Under the pieces are notes generated by a model that was not told the origin of the DNA, did not search any database, and worked only from the letters and a program-made list of their open reading frames with translations. Both the position numbers and the translations under genes were made by a program. From Microcystis aeruginosa NIES-2549 (GTDB lineage Bacteria > Cyanobacteriota > Cyanobacteriia > Cyanobacteriales > Microcystaceae), in assembly GCF_000981785.2 (NCBI RefSeq), contig NZ_CP011304.1, forward strand, positions 750,001-782,000: a DNA stretch of 32,000 nt, written 5' to 3'. Below are positions 15,801 to 22,411 of the stretch, one piece after another. How positions within the stretch are numbered: position 1 is the stretch's first letter; the number at the start of each line of letters is the position of its first letter.

Positions 15801-18011
15801 TCCATTAGTTCCAGTGATCTGAAATTGTTCAATACTATAGAAAAGGACCTTATCATAGCTATAGTCTTTGTCATCGTAATAGCAAGTATATGATTGGGAA
15901 AACCCGTCGTAATAAGAAATGCCTGCCGGATGAACATTTGATCCAGCATATTGATTACTAGAATAATCAATGATTAATAGGTCATTTCCATCGCCGCCAT
16001 TGATGATATCAATTCCTCGATCACTGTAAATCAGATCATTGCCTACTCCAGCATTAATGTCATCACTTCCATCGGAGCCAACAATAAACTCACTTCCATC
16101 ATCCCCAGGCAAAGCATCAAGTGTTAGCTCTTTTGCTCTTGTTTGTACCCTGCGCCAATCATCGAGTAAATATTTTCGTGCATCCGCATTATCAACATTT
16201 AAAATAGCCTGACCGTAGAGTATGGGATCAACTTTATGAACACTATACTCCTTTGCAACACCCAGATCAGTAAACAAACCTTTGAGATCAGAATTATAAG
16301 AAGGAAGAGCAATTAAACGCTTCATATAAGGATCGCCCGCTTGAATATTCAGCGTTTTTAACTGTCTGATAATGCCATTATCTAAAGCCGCTTGAATACT
16401 TGAAAAAGAATTTCTACCACTACCACCAACATTAAAAACAAATTCTTTTTCATAATGACCATATTCGGTGGCAGTAATACTTAAAGGAGTACCTCCAATC
16501 ATGCCAGCAATCAACTGAAGCGTATCTGATGCAGATTGAGCCATCTGTTGAGCCACTTCTGTTTTTCCACCGTCTGCTGAAAAGCTAAATTGACTAACAA
16601 ACTTACCCGCTGCAACATTGTAATATACAGAATAATAAGCACGAGGATCTTTGTCAAAAATAAGATCCCACGCCCATCCACCAATAACTGAACCCAAAAA
16701 GTTCCCAATTCCGGGAGCAATAAAACCACCGATTACTCCACCAATCGAAGCACCAAAATTATTTAAGTCAGCCCCCGTCCATACCTTATCGACATAATTA
16801 AAAAGTTGAGTACTTGCGAAAGATTGCAATGCGCCAAACCCTGTATTAACAACCTCTCCAATAATTGATGCTTTTGTAAGGCTGAGGTTGATATAAGGAT
16901 CTACTCCTAAATAATTAACAGCAAACGATTTGCCAAAAGCAGCCTCAGTTAACCCAGAAAAAATATGATTAGTTAGTGAAGCAGTAACTTGATCAATCGC
17001 AATTTGAGCAAGGGGATCTTCTATATCAAATTTCTCTGAAAAAGCTTGACTAATTGCAGAACTACCAAAACCCAACAATGTATTAGTAAAGTTCCCATAA
17101 AGTCTTGTATATAAAGCTCGTGCTGGTATTGAGCTTCCCACACTTGCCAGTTGATAAGCTAAATTATCTCCTAACCACCCGCCAAGGGTTTTTGTTGCAG
17201 TTGCGGCAATTAATTGACTCCCGAAGTCTTCATTTCCATAGTGCATTGCTAACTTAGTAGCGAGAGTTGAACTAACATTTCCTAGCCTAGTAACAGTTTG
17301 CCTTAGTTCCATTTCTCTAGTTGGCAACTGGCGCGTACCCATAACATTGAAGATTTCTTCTTCTGATGGAATATATCCACTAACTAAGGTTTCTGCAAAC
17401 ATAACCAACGCAGAAGCGGCTTTGTCTGCTATTCCCCAAAGAGAAGTGTTTAGATTGGTAACGCCTGCATCTTGAAGATAGTCTGTTAAATCATGTTCTA
17501 TTGTTCCTAATAGCAGTGCGGGATTGTTTTCTGCATAAGTAATGAGGAGACTTGAAGTACCAGTAAAACCCAAACCATTAAGCTTTGTAGAAACTTGGCC
17601 TTTGGGATTGCCAGTAAGCATATAAAATGCGTCCACCGCCATCAGATGACCAGGTTTTGTGGCATAATCTGAGTATTTCGTGGGAACGGTAGAATCATCA
17701 GCCGAAAATTTATCTAATGTACTTCTGGAAATTTGAATAAGTTGCTGGTTTGTTACTTTTGGATTAGCTAAAAATTGATCAACGACTAACTTCGTAGCAG
17801 AATATCCATTAATAATATTGCCGCGATCGCTTGAAAATCGAGAAGTAATTGCATTGATAGCATTACTTATATCAGATGAGTTTCCTCTGAAACTCCACTG
17901 CGCTGGATTTAAATCAATATTTGGGTTGCTCATAGCTCTCAGTAATATGTTTTTCAATTGTAGAAAATGATCTAAAATCAAATTATTGGCAAAGCTTTTA
18001 GCTTTAACCAT
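9882..18011 (-). CDS. giant (2709 aa) RTX / Calx-beta repeat protein, likely a T1SS-secreted calcium-binding adhesin- or toxin-like protein
   Basis: One uninterrupted ORF. GGxGxD nonapeptide (hemolysin-type) repeats occur throughout. It has five 115-aa Calx-beta-like units and a sixth, divergent one. The C-terminus has the type GGAGGDQFTF...IDTITDF...GDKI...LFFDGDG. There is no N-terminal signal peptide. Confidence 0.9.
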   Translation of the reverse strand: MVKAKSFANNLILDHFLQLKNILLRAMSNPNIDLNPAQWSFRGNSSDISNAINAITSRFSSDRGNIINGYSATKLVVDQFLANPKVTNQQLIQISRSTLDKFSADDSTVPTKYSDYATKPGHLMAVDAFYMLTGNPKGQVSTKLNGLGFTGTSSLLITYAENNPALLLGTIEHDLTDYLQDAGVTNLNTSLWGIADKAASALVMFAETLVSGYIPSEEEIFNVMGTRQLPTREMELRQTVTRLGNVSSTLATKLAMHYGNEDFGSQLIAATATKTLGGWLGDNLAYQLASVGSSIPARALYTRLYGNFTNTLLGFGSSAISQAFSEKFDIEDPLAQIAIDQVTASLTNHIFSGLTEAAFGKSFAVNYLGVDPYINLSLTKASIIGEVVNTGFGALQSFASTQLFNYVDKVWTGADLNNFGASIGGVIGGFIAPGIGNFLGSVIGGWAWDLIFDKDPRAYYSVYYNVAAGKFVSQFSFSADGGKTEVAQQMAQSASDTLQLIAGMIGGTPLSITATEYGHYEKEFVFNVGGSGRNSFSSIQAALDNGIIRQLKTLNIQAGDPYMKRLIALPSYNSDLKGLFTDLGVAKEYSVHKVDPILYGQAILNVDNADARKYLLDDWRRVQTRAKELTLDALPGDDGSEFIVGSDGSDDINAGVGNDLIYSDRGIDIINGGDGNDLLIIDYSSNQYAGSNVHPAGISYYDGFSQSYTCYYDDKDYSYDKVLFYSIEQFQITGTNGSDYIGTRDGNDTINGGGGNDTIEGGLGNDIINGGDGNDAIAAGGGSDVINAGTGDDTVANVSGDDIIDGGTGLDTISDLNYDSSNSAIILNELGGAATLLGTNIKNIERFGSVILGSGNDKIEFSSRFNNQEINSGQGNDTINGGLGIDIINGGDGNDLLIIDYSSNQYAGSNVHPAGISYYDGFSQSYTCYYDDKDYSYDKVLFYSIEQFQITGTNGSDYIGTRDGNDTINGGGGNDTIEGGLGNDIINGGDGNDAIAAGGGSDVINAGTGDDTVANVSGDDIIDGGTGLDTISDLNYDSSNSAIILNELGGAATLLGTNIKNIERFGSVILGSGNDKIEFSSRFNNQEINSGQGNDTINGGLGIDIINGGDGNDLLIIDYSSNQYAGSNVHPAGISYYDGFSQSYTCYYDDKDYSYDKVLFYSIEQFQITGTNGSDYIGTRDGNDTINGGGGNDTIEGGLGNDIINGGDGNDAIAAGGGSDVINAGTGDDTVANVSGDDIIDGGTGLDTISDLNYDSSNSAIILNELGGAATLLGTNIKNIERFGSVILGSGNDKIEFSSRFNNQEINSGQGNDTINGGLGIDIINGGDGNDLLIIDYSSNQYAGSNVHPAGISYYDGFSQSYTCYYDDKDYSYDKVLFYSIEQFQITGTNGSDYIGTRDGNDTINGGGGNDTIEGGLGNDIINGGDGNDAIAAGGGSDVINAGTGDDTVANVSGDDIIDGGTGLDTISDLNYASSNSAIILNELGGAATLLGTNIKNIERFGSVILGSGNDKIEFSSRFNNQEINSGQGNDTINAGLGIDIINGGDGNDLLIIDYSSNLFAGSTNYQGGIFYEFGGYYERYTCSYSNENFDQIRFSDIEQFQITGTNGSDHIVTRDGNDTINGGGGNDTIEGGLGNDVISGGDGNDAIAAGGGSDVIIGVKTGSTEPGKNEVDTLTGGEGRDTFILGDATSIFYDDGNTTNAGTSDYAIIADFNPTDDIIQIRRSSSDYLLTVSGSNTNLYINKPGSEPDELIAVINNQTALSLTASYFSYVSSPTLPSITLAVSPSSVTEDGTTNLVYTFTRTGSTTSALTANYTVGGTATLNTDYTRTGTNNTVTFAANSSTATITVDPTADTTVEPDETVTLTLASGTGYTVGTTTAVTGTIKNDDVTLPSITLAVSPSSVNEDGTTNLVYTFTRSGSTTNALTVNYTLGGTATLNTDYTRTGTTNTVTFAAGSSTATVTVDPTADTTVESDETVILTLASGTGYTIGTTTPVTGTIKNDDVTLPSITLAVSPSSVTEDGTTNLVYTFTRTGSTTSALTANYTVGGTATLNTDYTRTGTNNTVTFAANSSTATITVDPTADTTVEPDETVTLTLASGTGYTVGTTTAVTGTIKNDDVTLPSITLAVSPSSVTEDGTTNLVYTFTRTGSTTSALTANYTVGGTATLNTDYTRTGTNNTVTFAANSSTATITVDPTADTTVEPDETVTLTLASGTGYTVGTTTAVTGTIKNDDVTLPSITLAVSPSSVNEDGTTNLVYTFTRSGSTTNALTVNYTLGGTATLNTDYTRTGTTNTVTFAAGSSTATVTVDPTADTTVESDETVILTLASGTGYTVGTTTAVTGTITNDDFSQLSINNITVVEGQDSNAILTVTVNNPNPQPISVNYTTAPVNATANVDYTSKTGTLTIAANTSTATISIPILNDNLNEANETFAINLSNPVNATLTNNKGIVTISDTLTANVTTTLPANVENLTLTGTTNINGTGNTLNNIITGNSGNNILNGATGIDTLIGGLGNDTYQVDTTTDTITENANQGTDTVQSSVTYTLGNNLENLTLTGTANINGTGNTLNNVITGNSGNNILNGSDGNDTLIGGTGNDTLTGGAGGDQFTFNNRNEGIDTITDFLSSQGDKIAVSAAGFGGGLAAGVSITAAQFVLGTTALNASNRLIYNTITGGLFFDGDGTGTLAAIQIATLSSKPTLTASDILVLV
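10960..12684 (-). repeat. 5 tandem 345-bp coding units (Calx-beta-like modules) in an A-B-A-A-B mosaic
   Basis: Unit boundaries at 11305, 11650, 11995 and 12340 (period 345). There are two sequence types: A has ..TEDGT..TSALTANYTV.., B has ..NEDGT..TNALTVNYTL... Confidence 0.9.
13350..15966 (-). repeat. 4 tandem 654-bp coding units (218-aa RTX-containing modules), essentially identical; a fifth diverged partial unit extends to about 13040
   Basis: Boundary marker ..ATTAATAGGTCATTTCCATCGCCGCC.. at 13350, 14004, 14658, 15312 and 15966. The side-frame ORFs in the track are letter-identical at a 654-nt spacing. Confidence 0.95.
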
Positions 18012-18196
18012 AATTTAGTAATGTAGAGTGGACATAGCCCACAAATTGCTTTGCTATTATTTATTCAGCCGAGTCAGCCGGTTTTTAAACAACTGCCTAA
18101 CTAGCTGGTGTGGGTTAGGGTTGAAGACTGTCAAATCATCAATTAGCGGTTAAACCTTGATTTCTCACACCAGCCACCTGATTAGCTTGAACCAAG

Positions 18197-18381
18197 CCAT
18201 CAGATTGAGCTAAATCGAACAAAACATCGTAAACAGCAGGAAAAATCGGCAACAGGGTAGAAGTCATGACATTAACTGCAAAGGTTTACTGCTAACAGTT
18301 TTAGGCCAACAATCCCCAATTTTTCAAGACCCCTGTAACAAAAATTAATATTTATACAGAAAACGGGTTTCTCAAAGAAGT
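18197..18381. repeat. direct repeat, copy 1 (132 nt identical plus about 55 nt at ~75 percent) of a promoter-leader-like module
   Basis: 18197-18328 is identical to 22412-22543, and similarity continues to 18381 / 22598. On the minus strand it contains TTGAAA-N18-TAAAAC and the ATG of a short ORF (18267..18139, 42 aa). Confidence 0.9.
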
Positions 18382-18515
18382 TCTAGGATTGGATTTTTGC
18401 CAAAGACTGATTAAATTCTGCGAGAGAATGAGCGGTAGCTGCTAATTTAACAATCTCTTGTAATGTAGATAGTACGGAAACTTTATTCAGGTATTGTTCC
18501 ACATCTAAAGGAACT

Positions 18516-19933
18516 GGTTCTTCCGAACTTACCATGTAAAATCAACTAGCAAAATGCCAATTTAATAAACATCTAAGACTAAAGTTTTTAAAGTTTCTAA
18601 ATCCATAGCCTCTCCTTTTAATCACCTTCAGTTTATTATTAATTCCTTCAACTGTTCCCTGGGTTGTTCGGTTATCAAAATAGGCAGTTATTTCGTCAAT
18701 CCACCGCCGAATTGTCTGGCAGCTTTTAGGAAAGTAAGCCATCGCCTTTTTGAGCCAATCACTCAAGGCAAATAATCCCTCATTCCCCTCCGTATTTTTC
18801 TCAAATACTTCTCTAAATTCCTCTTTTAATTTGTGCATTTCCCCAAGTTTTGGAGACACTTTATATATTTCTTCCAATTTTTTCCTTTCTTTCTCTACTA
18901 AGTCTCCTTCATTCTTTAATAAGGCATATTTGCTCTTGGCTATTCCTGCTAAGATATTTTCTTTATTTTTCTTGTTTTTTATCTTAGCTGCCTCTCTTTT
19001 TACCTCCTTTCTTGCTTCATCTAGCTCGTTATTTACTTGTTTCATTACATGGAATCTATCCCCTACTATTTGAGCTTGAGGCATTAGTTTTTCTGCCACA
19101 TTTTTATACCCTATCCACAGGTCTATACTTACTTCCTCTATTTGGCTCAAAACCTCTTCTCCCCAGTGTTTCAGGTATTCTGTTAATGCTTCTTCTGTTC
19201 TTTTTTCCCCTAAGCCTATAATTTTTCCTGTGTCTATATTTACTAACACAGCATAGTAATTTCCTTTTCCCTTTATCATGGCTATTTCATCTATTCCTAG
19301 TTTTTTTAGCCCTTGAGGTTTTGCGGTTATTAACTCTTCTCCTAAGTCTTTGAGCATCGTCTCTATTTCTTGTTCGCTTACTCCATTTCTTTCTGCCGTA
19401 TTTTTGAGATCACTATTCAGGACTTCGGCCACTATTTTTTTTCTAAATCTGTCTGTGTAGGTTCTTTTCTTCGGCAAATAATTTAGTTCTTCTGTGAATT
19501 TTTTCCCACATTTCTCGCATCTCATCTGACGACGATTGATTCTCAGATATAATGCCTGTTCTCCAAAGGGTAAATCTCGGATTGTTAATTCATTGTTTTG
19601 ATGAACTTTTTCCGTTTTACTTCCACAATGAATGCACTGGCTTTCTCTTGACATATTTTCTAAATGTAAAACAATTCCTATATCGGTAATAATTTGATAA
19701 TTGGTAACGACAACTCCTTCTAGGTGAAGTAGCTCGGTCATTAACTTTAATTGTGGATTTGATGGCATAAGTATAGCTTGTGTCTAAAATTGCTGGTCTT
19801 GGCTGTCTATATTTTAAACAATAAATTGCTGTATTGCAAGCATAGTCAGCTTTTAAAGATAAATTATTGTTTTATTGGTCAGCAATAATTGTCTGTTTTT
19901 TCTTTAATTTTACATGACAAGTTCGGAAGAGCC
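18516..19933 (-). mobile_element. ISL3-family insertion sequence (1418 bp) with ~29-bp imperfect terminal inverted repeats and an 8-bp target site duplication
   Basis: Left end GGTTCTTCCGAACTTACCATGTAAAATCA. Reverse complement of the right end GGCTCTTCCGAACTTGTCATGTAAAATTA (25/29 match). AAGGAACT occurs at 18508-18515 and again at 19934-19941. Confidence 0.9.
18542..19768 (-). CDS. ISL3 family transposase (408 aa)
   Basis: It has an N-terminal zinc finger (CIHCGS...CEKCGK). DDE-region motifs include DEIAMIKG, VSIDLW, GDRFHV and NNKLKVIKRRGYGFRNF, which are typical of ISL3 transposases. Confidence 0.9.
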   Translation of the reverse strand: MPSNPQLKLMTELLHLEGVVVTNYQIITDIGIVLHLENMSRESQCIHCGSKTEKVHQNNELTIRDLPFGEQALYLRINRRQMRCEKCGKKFTEELNYLPKKRTYTDRFRKKIVAEVLNSDLKNTAERNGVSEQEIETMLKDLGEELITAKPQGLKKLGIDEIAMIKGKGNYYAVLVNIDTGKIIGLGEKRTEEALTEYLKHWGEEVLSQIEEVSIDLWIGYKNVAEKLMPQAQIVGDRFHVMKQVNNELDEARKEVKREAAKIKNKKNKENILAGIAKSKYALLKNEGDLVEKERKKLEEIYKVSPKLGEMHKLKEEFREVFEKNTEGNEGLFALSDWLKKAMAYFPKSCQTIRRWIDEITAYFDNRTTQGTVEGINNKLKVIKRRGYGFRNFKNFSLRCLLNWHFAS

Positions 19934-20188
19934 AAGGAACTTCACCTAAGCGAGCTTGCAAAACTGTTTTGACAAAATCACGAGCATTCTCTAACGCTCC
20001 AATTTCCTTACCAATTTCCTTACCCTGTTCTATTCCTCGTAACTCCATATTACTCATTAAAGGCATGGTTCTTTCCTCCTCAAATTGTTTGATTTTACTC
20101 TCTAAACTTGACTGCAATTCAGGGGATAAAGTCATCATATTGTCGATAATTTCAAACAGTTTACTAAGTAAGGTAGGTATTACCCACA

Positions 20189-21199
20189 CTACTTATTTAT
20201 GATGATACTAAAAGACTTCCTACACTCCTCAAAAGAATTTACTATAAGTGCGGCTTTTAACATCTCTTCTAAAACCGAAATAACTGAAGCATCATTGAGA
20301 CATTGTCCAATATCTCCAGGGATATCGCCTAGTCGGTTTTCCAAAACTTTTTTCACAAAATCACGAGCATTTTCTAACGCTCCAATTTCCTTACCAATTT
20401 CCTTACCGCGTTCTATTCCTCGTAACTCCCCAATTTCCTCACCAATTTTCCTTCCTCGTAACTCCATATTACTTATTAAAGGCATGGTTCTTTCCTCCTC
20501 AAATTGTTTGATTTTACTTTCTAAACTTGACTGTAATTCAGGGGATAAAGTCATCATATTGTCGATGATTTCAAACAGTTTAATTATCTGTTCCCTCTCG
20601 AACTCCTTTTCATATAATCCCCTGATTAACCTCCACTTCCACTGTTCCCGTTCTGGCAGCTTCCCAGTAGTCGCTTTTGTTTTCAGGTGTGCCATGACTA
20701 TTATAGCAAAGGGATTGCTACTTGTTTCTAGTTCTGACCAGTTTTCCTCATAGTCCAGTAATTTAACCGTTGGGAATTTCAGACTCACTTCACAGCCAGC
20801 GATAGTATAATTATAGGAATCTGGTCGCCAATTTACTCGTTCATCTCCTAAAATTGCCAGACTGATAACTGGTTTCTGATACAAATCAAAGGCACGATAG
20901 TTATAAATATACATCCTCTGAGGGAAATTTTCTTCGTATTGACTTTGAATTTCAATATGAATCAAAATCCAGATTTCTTCACCCCTGAGTAACCAGACTT
21001 TATAAAGTTTGTCAGCGAAACGTTTTTTTGTCTTTGCTGAAGCGGTAATCCGTTTGAGTTCTTTTTCTAGAGATTCGGGAATTTTTGTCCAATCAATTAA
21101 TTGGTGAACTTCGGGAAAGAAGAAATGTAAAAATGCTTCAAAATACTCGGTTAATGCTTCTTTCCAGGGTTCATCATAATTAGCGGTTGTTTGTTTCAT
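20189..21199 (-). CDS. Rpn/YhgA-like PD-(D/E)XK nuclease / putative transposase family protein with a DUF4351-like C-terminus (paralog B, 336 aa)
   Basis: The N-terminus YDEPWKEALTEYFEAFLHFFFPEV, the core ADKLYKV...ILIHIEIQS and the C-terminal LENRLGDIP...LEEMLKAALIV.SFEE match the cyanobacterial family. Confidence 0.7.
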   Translation of the reverse strand: MKQTTANYDEPWKEALTEYFEAFLHFFFPEVHQLIDWTKIPESLEKELKRITASAKTKKRFADKLYKVWLLRGEEIWILIHIEIQSQYEENFPQRMYIYNYRAFDLYQKPVISLAILGDERVNWRPDSYNYTIAGCEVSLKFPTVKLLDYEENWSELETSSNPFAIIVMAHLKTKATTGKLPEREQWKWRLIRGLYEKEFEREQIIKLFEIIDNMMTLSPELQSSLESKIKQFEEERTMPLISNMELRGRKIGEEIGELRGIERGKEIGKEIGALENARDFVKKVLENRLGDIPGDIGQCLNDASVISVLEEMLKAALIVNSFEECRKSFSIIINK

Positions 21200-21249
21200 T
21201 ATGACAATTTTAGTGGGTTGTTGTCAGAAGGCGAACGCTAACGTCAAAA

Positions 21250-22278
21250 CTAGGCAGTTAAAGTATTTAACCAATTGATTAAATCTTCAACCGTAGAGAA
21301 ATCGAATAAAGCTTCTCCTAATACTTCGACATCATCAATACTTAACTGCATAATTTTAGTTTCCAATGAAGGATTAATCTCCCCTAACTTGCGTTTAATT
21401 TGACGAAGAATCAATGTCTTTTCGCGTTCGATACCTTGTTCGATACCGCGTTCAATACCTTGTTCAATACCTTGTTCAATACCTTGTTCAATACCTTGTT
21501 CGATACCGCGTTCGATACCTTGTTCAATACCTTGTTCGATACCTAGTTCAATACCTTGACGCATCCAACTGGTAGTAATTTGCATAACTCCCTCCTGTAC
21601 GGGTTGACTAAATGTGCTAATCTCTTGTTGAAATTGTATCTCTTCGGCAGGATTTAGATTGATATATGTATCAATAAATCCGGAAATTAATTGCATTTTT
21701 GCAGGATTTAACTTTAAAGTAATTAACAAGCGCAGACATTCCGCTTTTACCTTGGCTCGCTCTTTCTCGGCAATGTTCATCTTAGCCATCAAAGCTGAAG
21801 CAACTGGATTCGGTTGATTAAGAAAATCTCGCCAATTTAATCGATTTAACTGCACTACCTGATAGTTAAATTCTAAGACTTTTAAATCAGGAAAATCGAC
21901 TACATATTGACTAATCGCTGCTCTTTTTGGCTTTGAATAAGAAAAAATTACAATCGGATAAATCGGTAAGACAAATTTCTCATGAAAGCGAGCAAAATAA
22001 GTAAACATTCGCCGGTTAAACCACTTTCGGGAACTTTCCTGCGCCTCTACATGAATCAGAAAAAAAGATTCTTTTCCTCGAAACTTAACTTGTGCGACTA
22101 AATCGCTTTCATACCTTTCTCCTTCCGTGACATCAGTAAATACTTCTTTGTCTAAAAAAGTAATCGAGTCCCTATCTAAATAATCCATCAATTGAGGAAA
22201 AAATAACTCAATAAATTCGACAAAAAAGGTCGAAATTAACTCCTTAAATAAGCGGTCATGGTCAATATTATTAGTCAT
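21250..22278 (-). CDS. Rpn family recombination-promoting nuclease / putative transposase with a DUF4351 C-terminus (paralog A, 342 aa)
   Basis: HDRLFKELISTFFVEFIELFFPQL is a YhgA-like N-terminal motif. The core is SDLVAQVKF...FLIHVEAQ. The C-terminus is ILRQIKRKLGEINPSLETKIMQLSIDDVEVLGEALFDFSTVEDLINWL. Confidence 0.75.
   Translation of the reverse strand: MTNNIDHDRLFKELISTFFVEFIELFFPQLMDYLDRDSITFLDKEVFTDVTEGERYESDLVAQVKFRGKESFFLIHVEAQESSRKWFNRRMFTYFARFHEKFVLPIYPIVIFSYSKPKRAAISQYVVDFPDLKVLEFNYQVVQLNRLNWRDFLNQPNPVASALMAKMNIAEKERAKVKAECLRLLITLKLNPAKMQLISGFIDTYINLNPAEEIQFQQEISTFSQPVQEGVMQITTSWMRQGIELGIEQGIEQGIERGIEQGIEQGIEQGIEQGIERGIEQGIEREKTLILRQIKRKLGEINPSLETKIMQLSIDDVEVLGEALFDFSTVEDLINWLNTLTA
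21424..21555 (-). repeat. in-frame 12-bp microsatellite, 11 units, encoding (GIE[QRL])x11 inside paralog A
   Basis: Units of the form [GT][CTA]GTTC[AG]ATACC were counted directly on the plus strand. Confidence 0.95.
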
Positions 22279-22411
22279 GTAATATCATCTTAACTAATCT
22301 GAGCGATGAATGACTACTCTTATGTATTGTATTCTGAAAAGTCGGTTTTGGCAACGGATTGTTATGACCTCACCCCCTTAACCGACAGCGATTGCCAAAT
22401 TCGCACAAAAT

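Larger units (their letters stand above)
18383..20164 (-). pseudogene. Rpn/YhgA-like nuclease paralog C', 5'-truncated and split by an IS (coding remnants 19934-20164 and 18383-18515)
   Basis: The fragment is about 95 percent identical to the 3' third of the 20189-21199 gene from 20164 downward. Removing the IS and one TSD copy restores an in-frame DUF4351-like C-terminus (...ARLGEVPLDVEQYLNKVSVLSTLQEIVKLAATAHSLAEFNQSLAKIQS*). Confidence 0.8.

Noticed and set aside
13040-15966. CRISPR array (regular long-period repeats), and the heptamer arrays as CRISPRs
   Set aside because: The 654-bp units are contiguous coding modules with no unique spacers. The heptamer arrays have 7-nt units with no spacers. 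No cas genes are present.
10480-16729. Plus-strand and out-of-frame ORFs inside the giant gene (for example the Pro/Ser-rich 72-aa ORFs at 13615, 14269, 14923 and 15577, and the 86-aa ORFs at 13748, 14402, 15056 and 15710)
   Set aside because: They are by-products of translating GGxGxD-coding repeats in other frames, and they recur only because of the 654-bp periodicity.
18750-19221. ORFs antisense to the ISL3 transposase
   Set aside because: They are embedded in a well-supported transposase gene and have low-complexity Ser/Leu/Phe-rich translations.
19872-20189. Intact 105-aa gene as listed in the track
   Set aside because: Its first 9 codons lie in the junction sequence downstream of paralog B's stop codon, and its last 20 codons are read from the IS end. 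It is a remnant of a truncated paralog, reported as a pseudogene.
19969-20753. Plus-strand ORFs 19969-20202 and 20199-20753
   Set aside because: They are antisense to the Rpn-like genes, Ser/Ile-rich and low-complexity, with no family resemblance.
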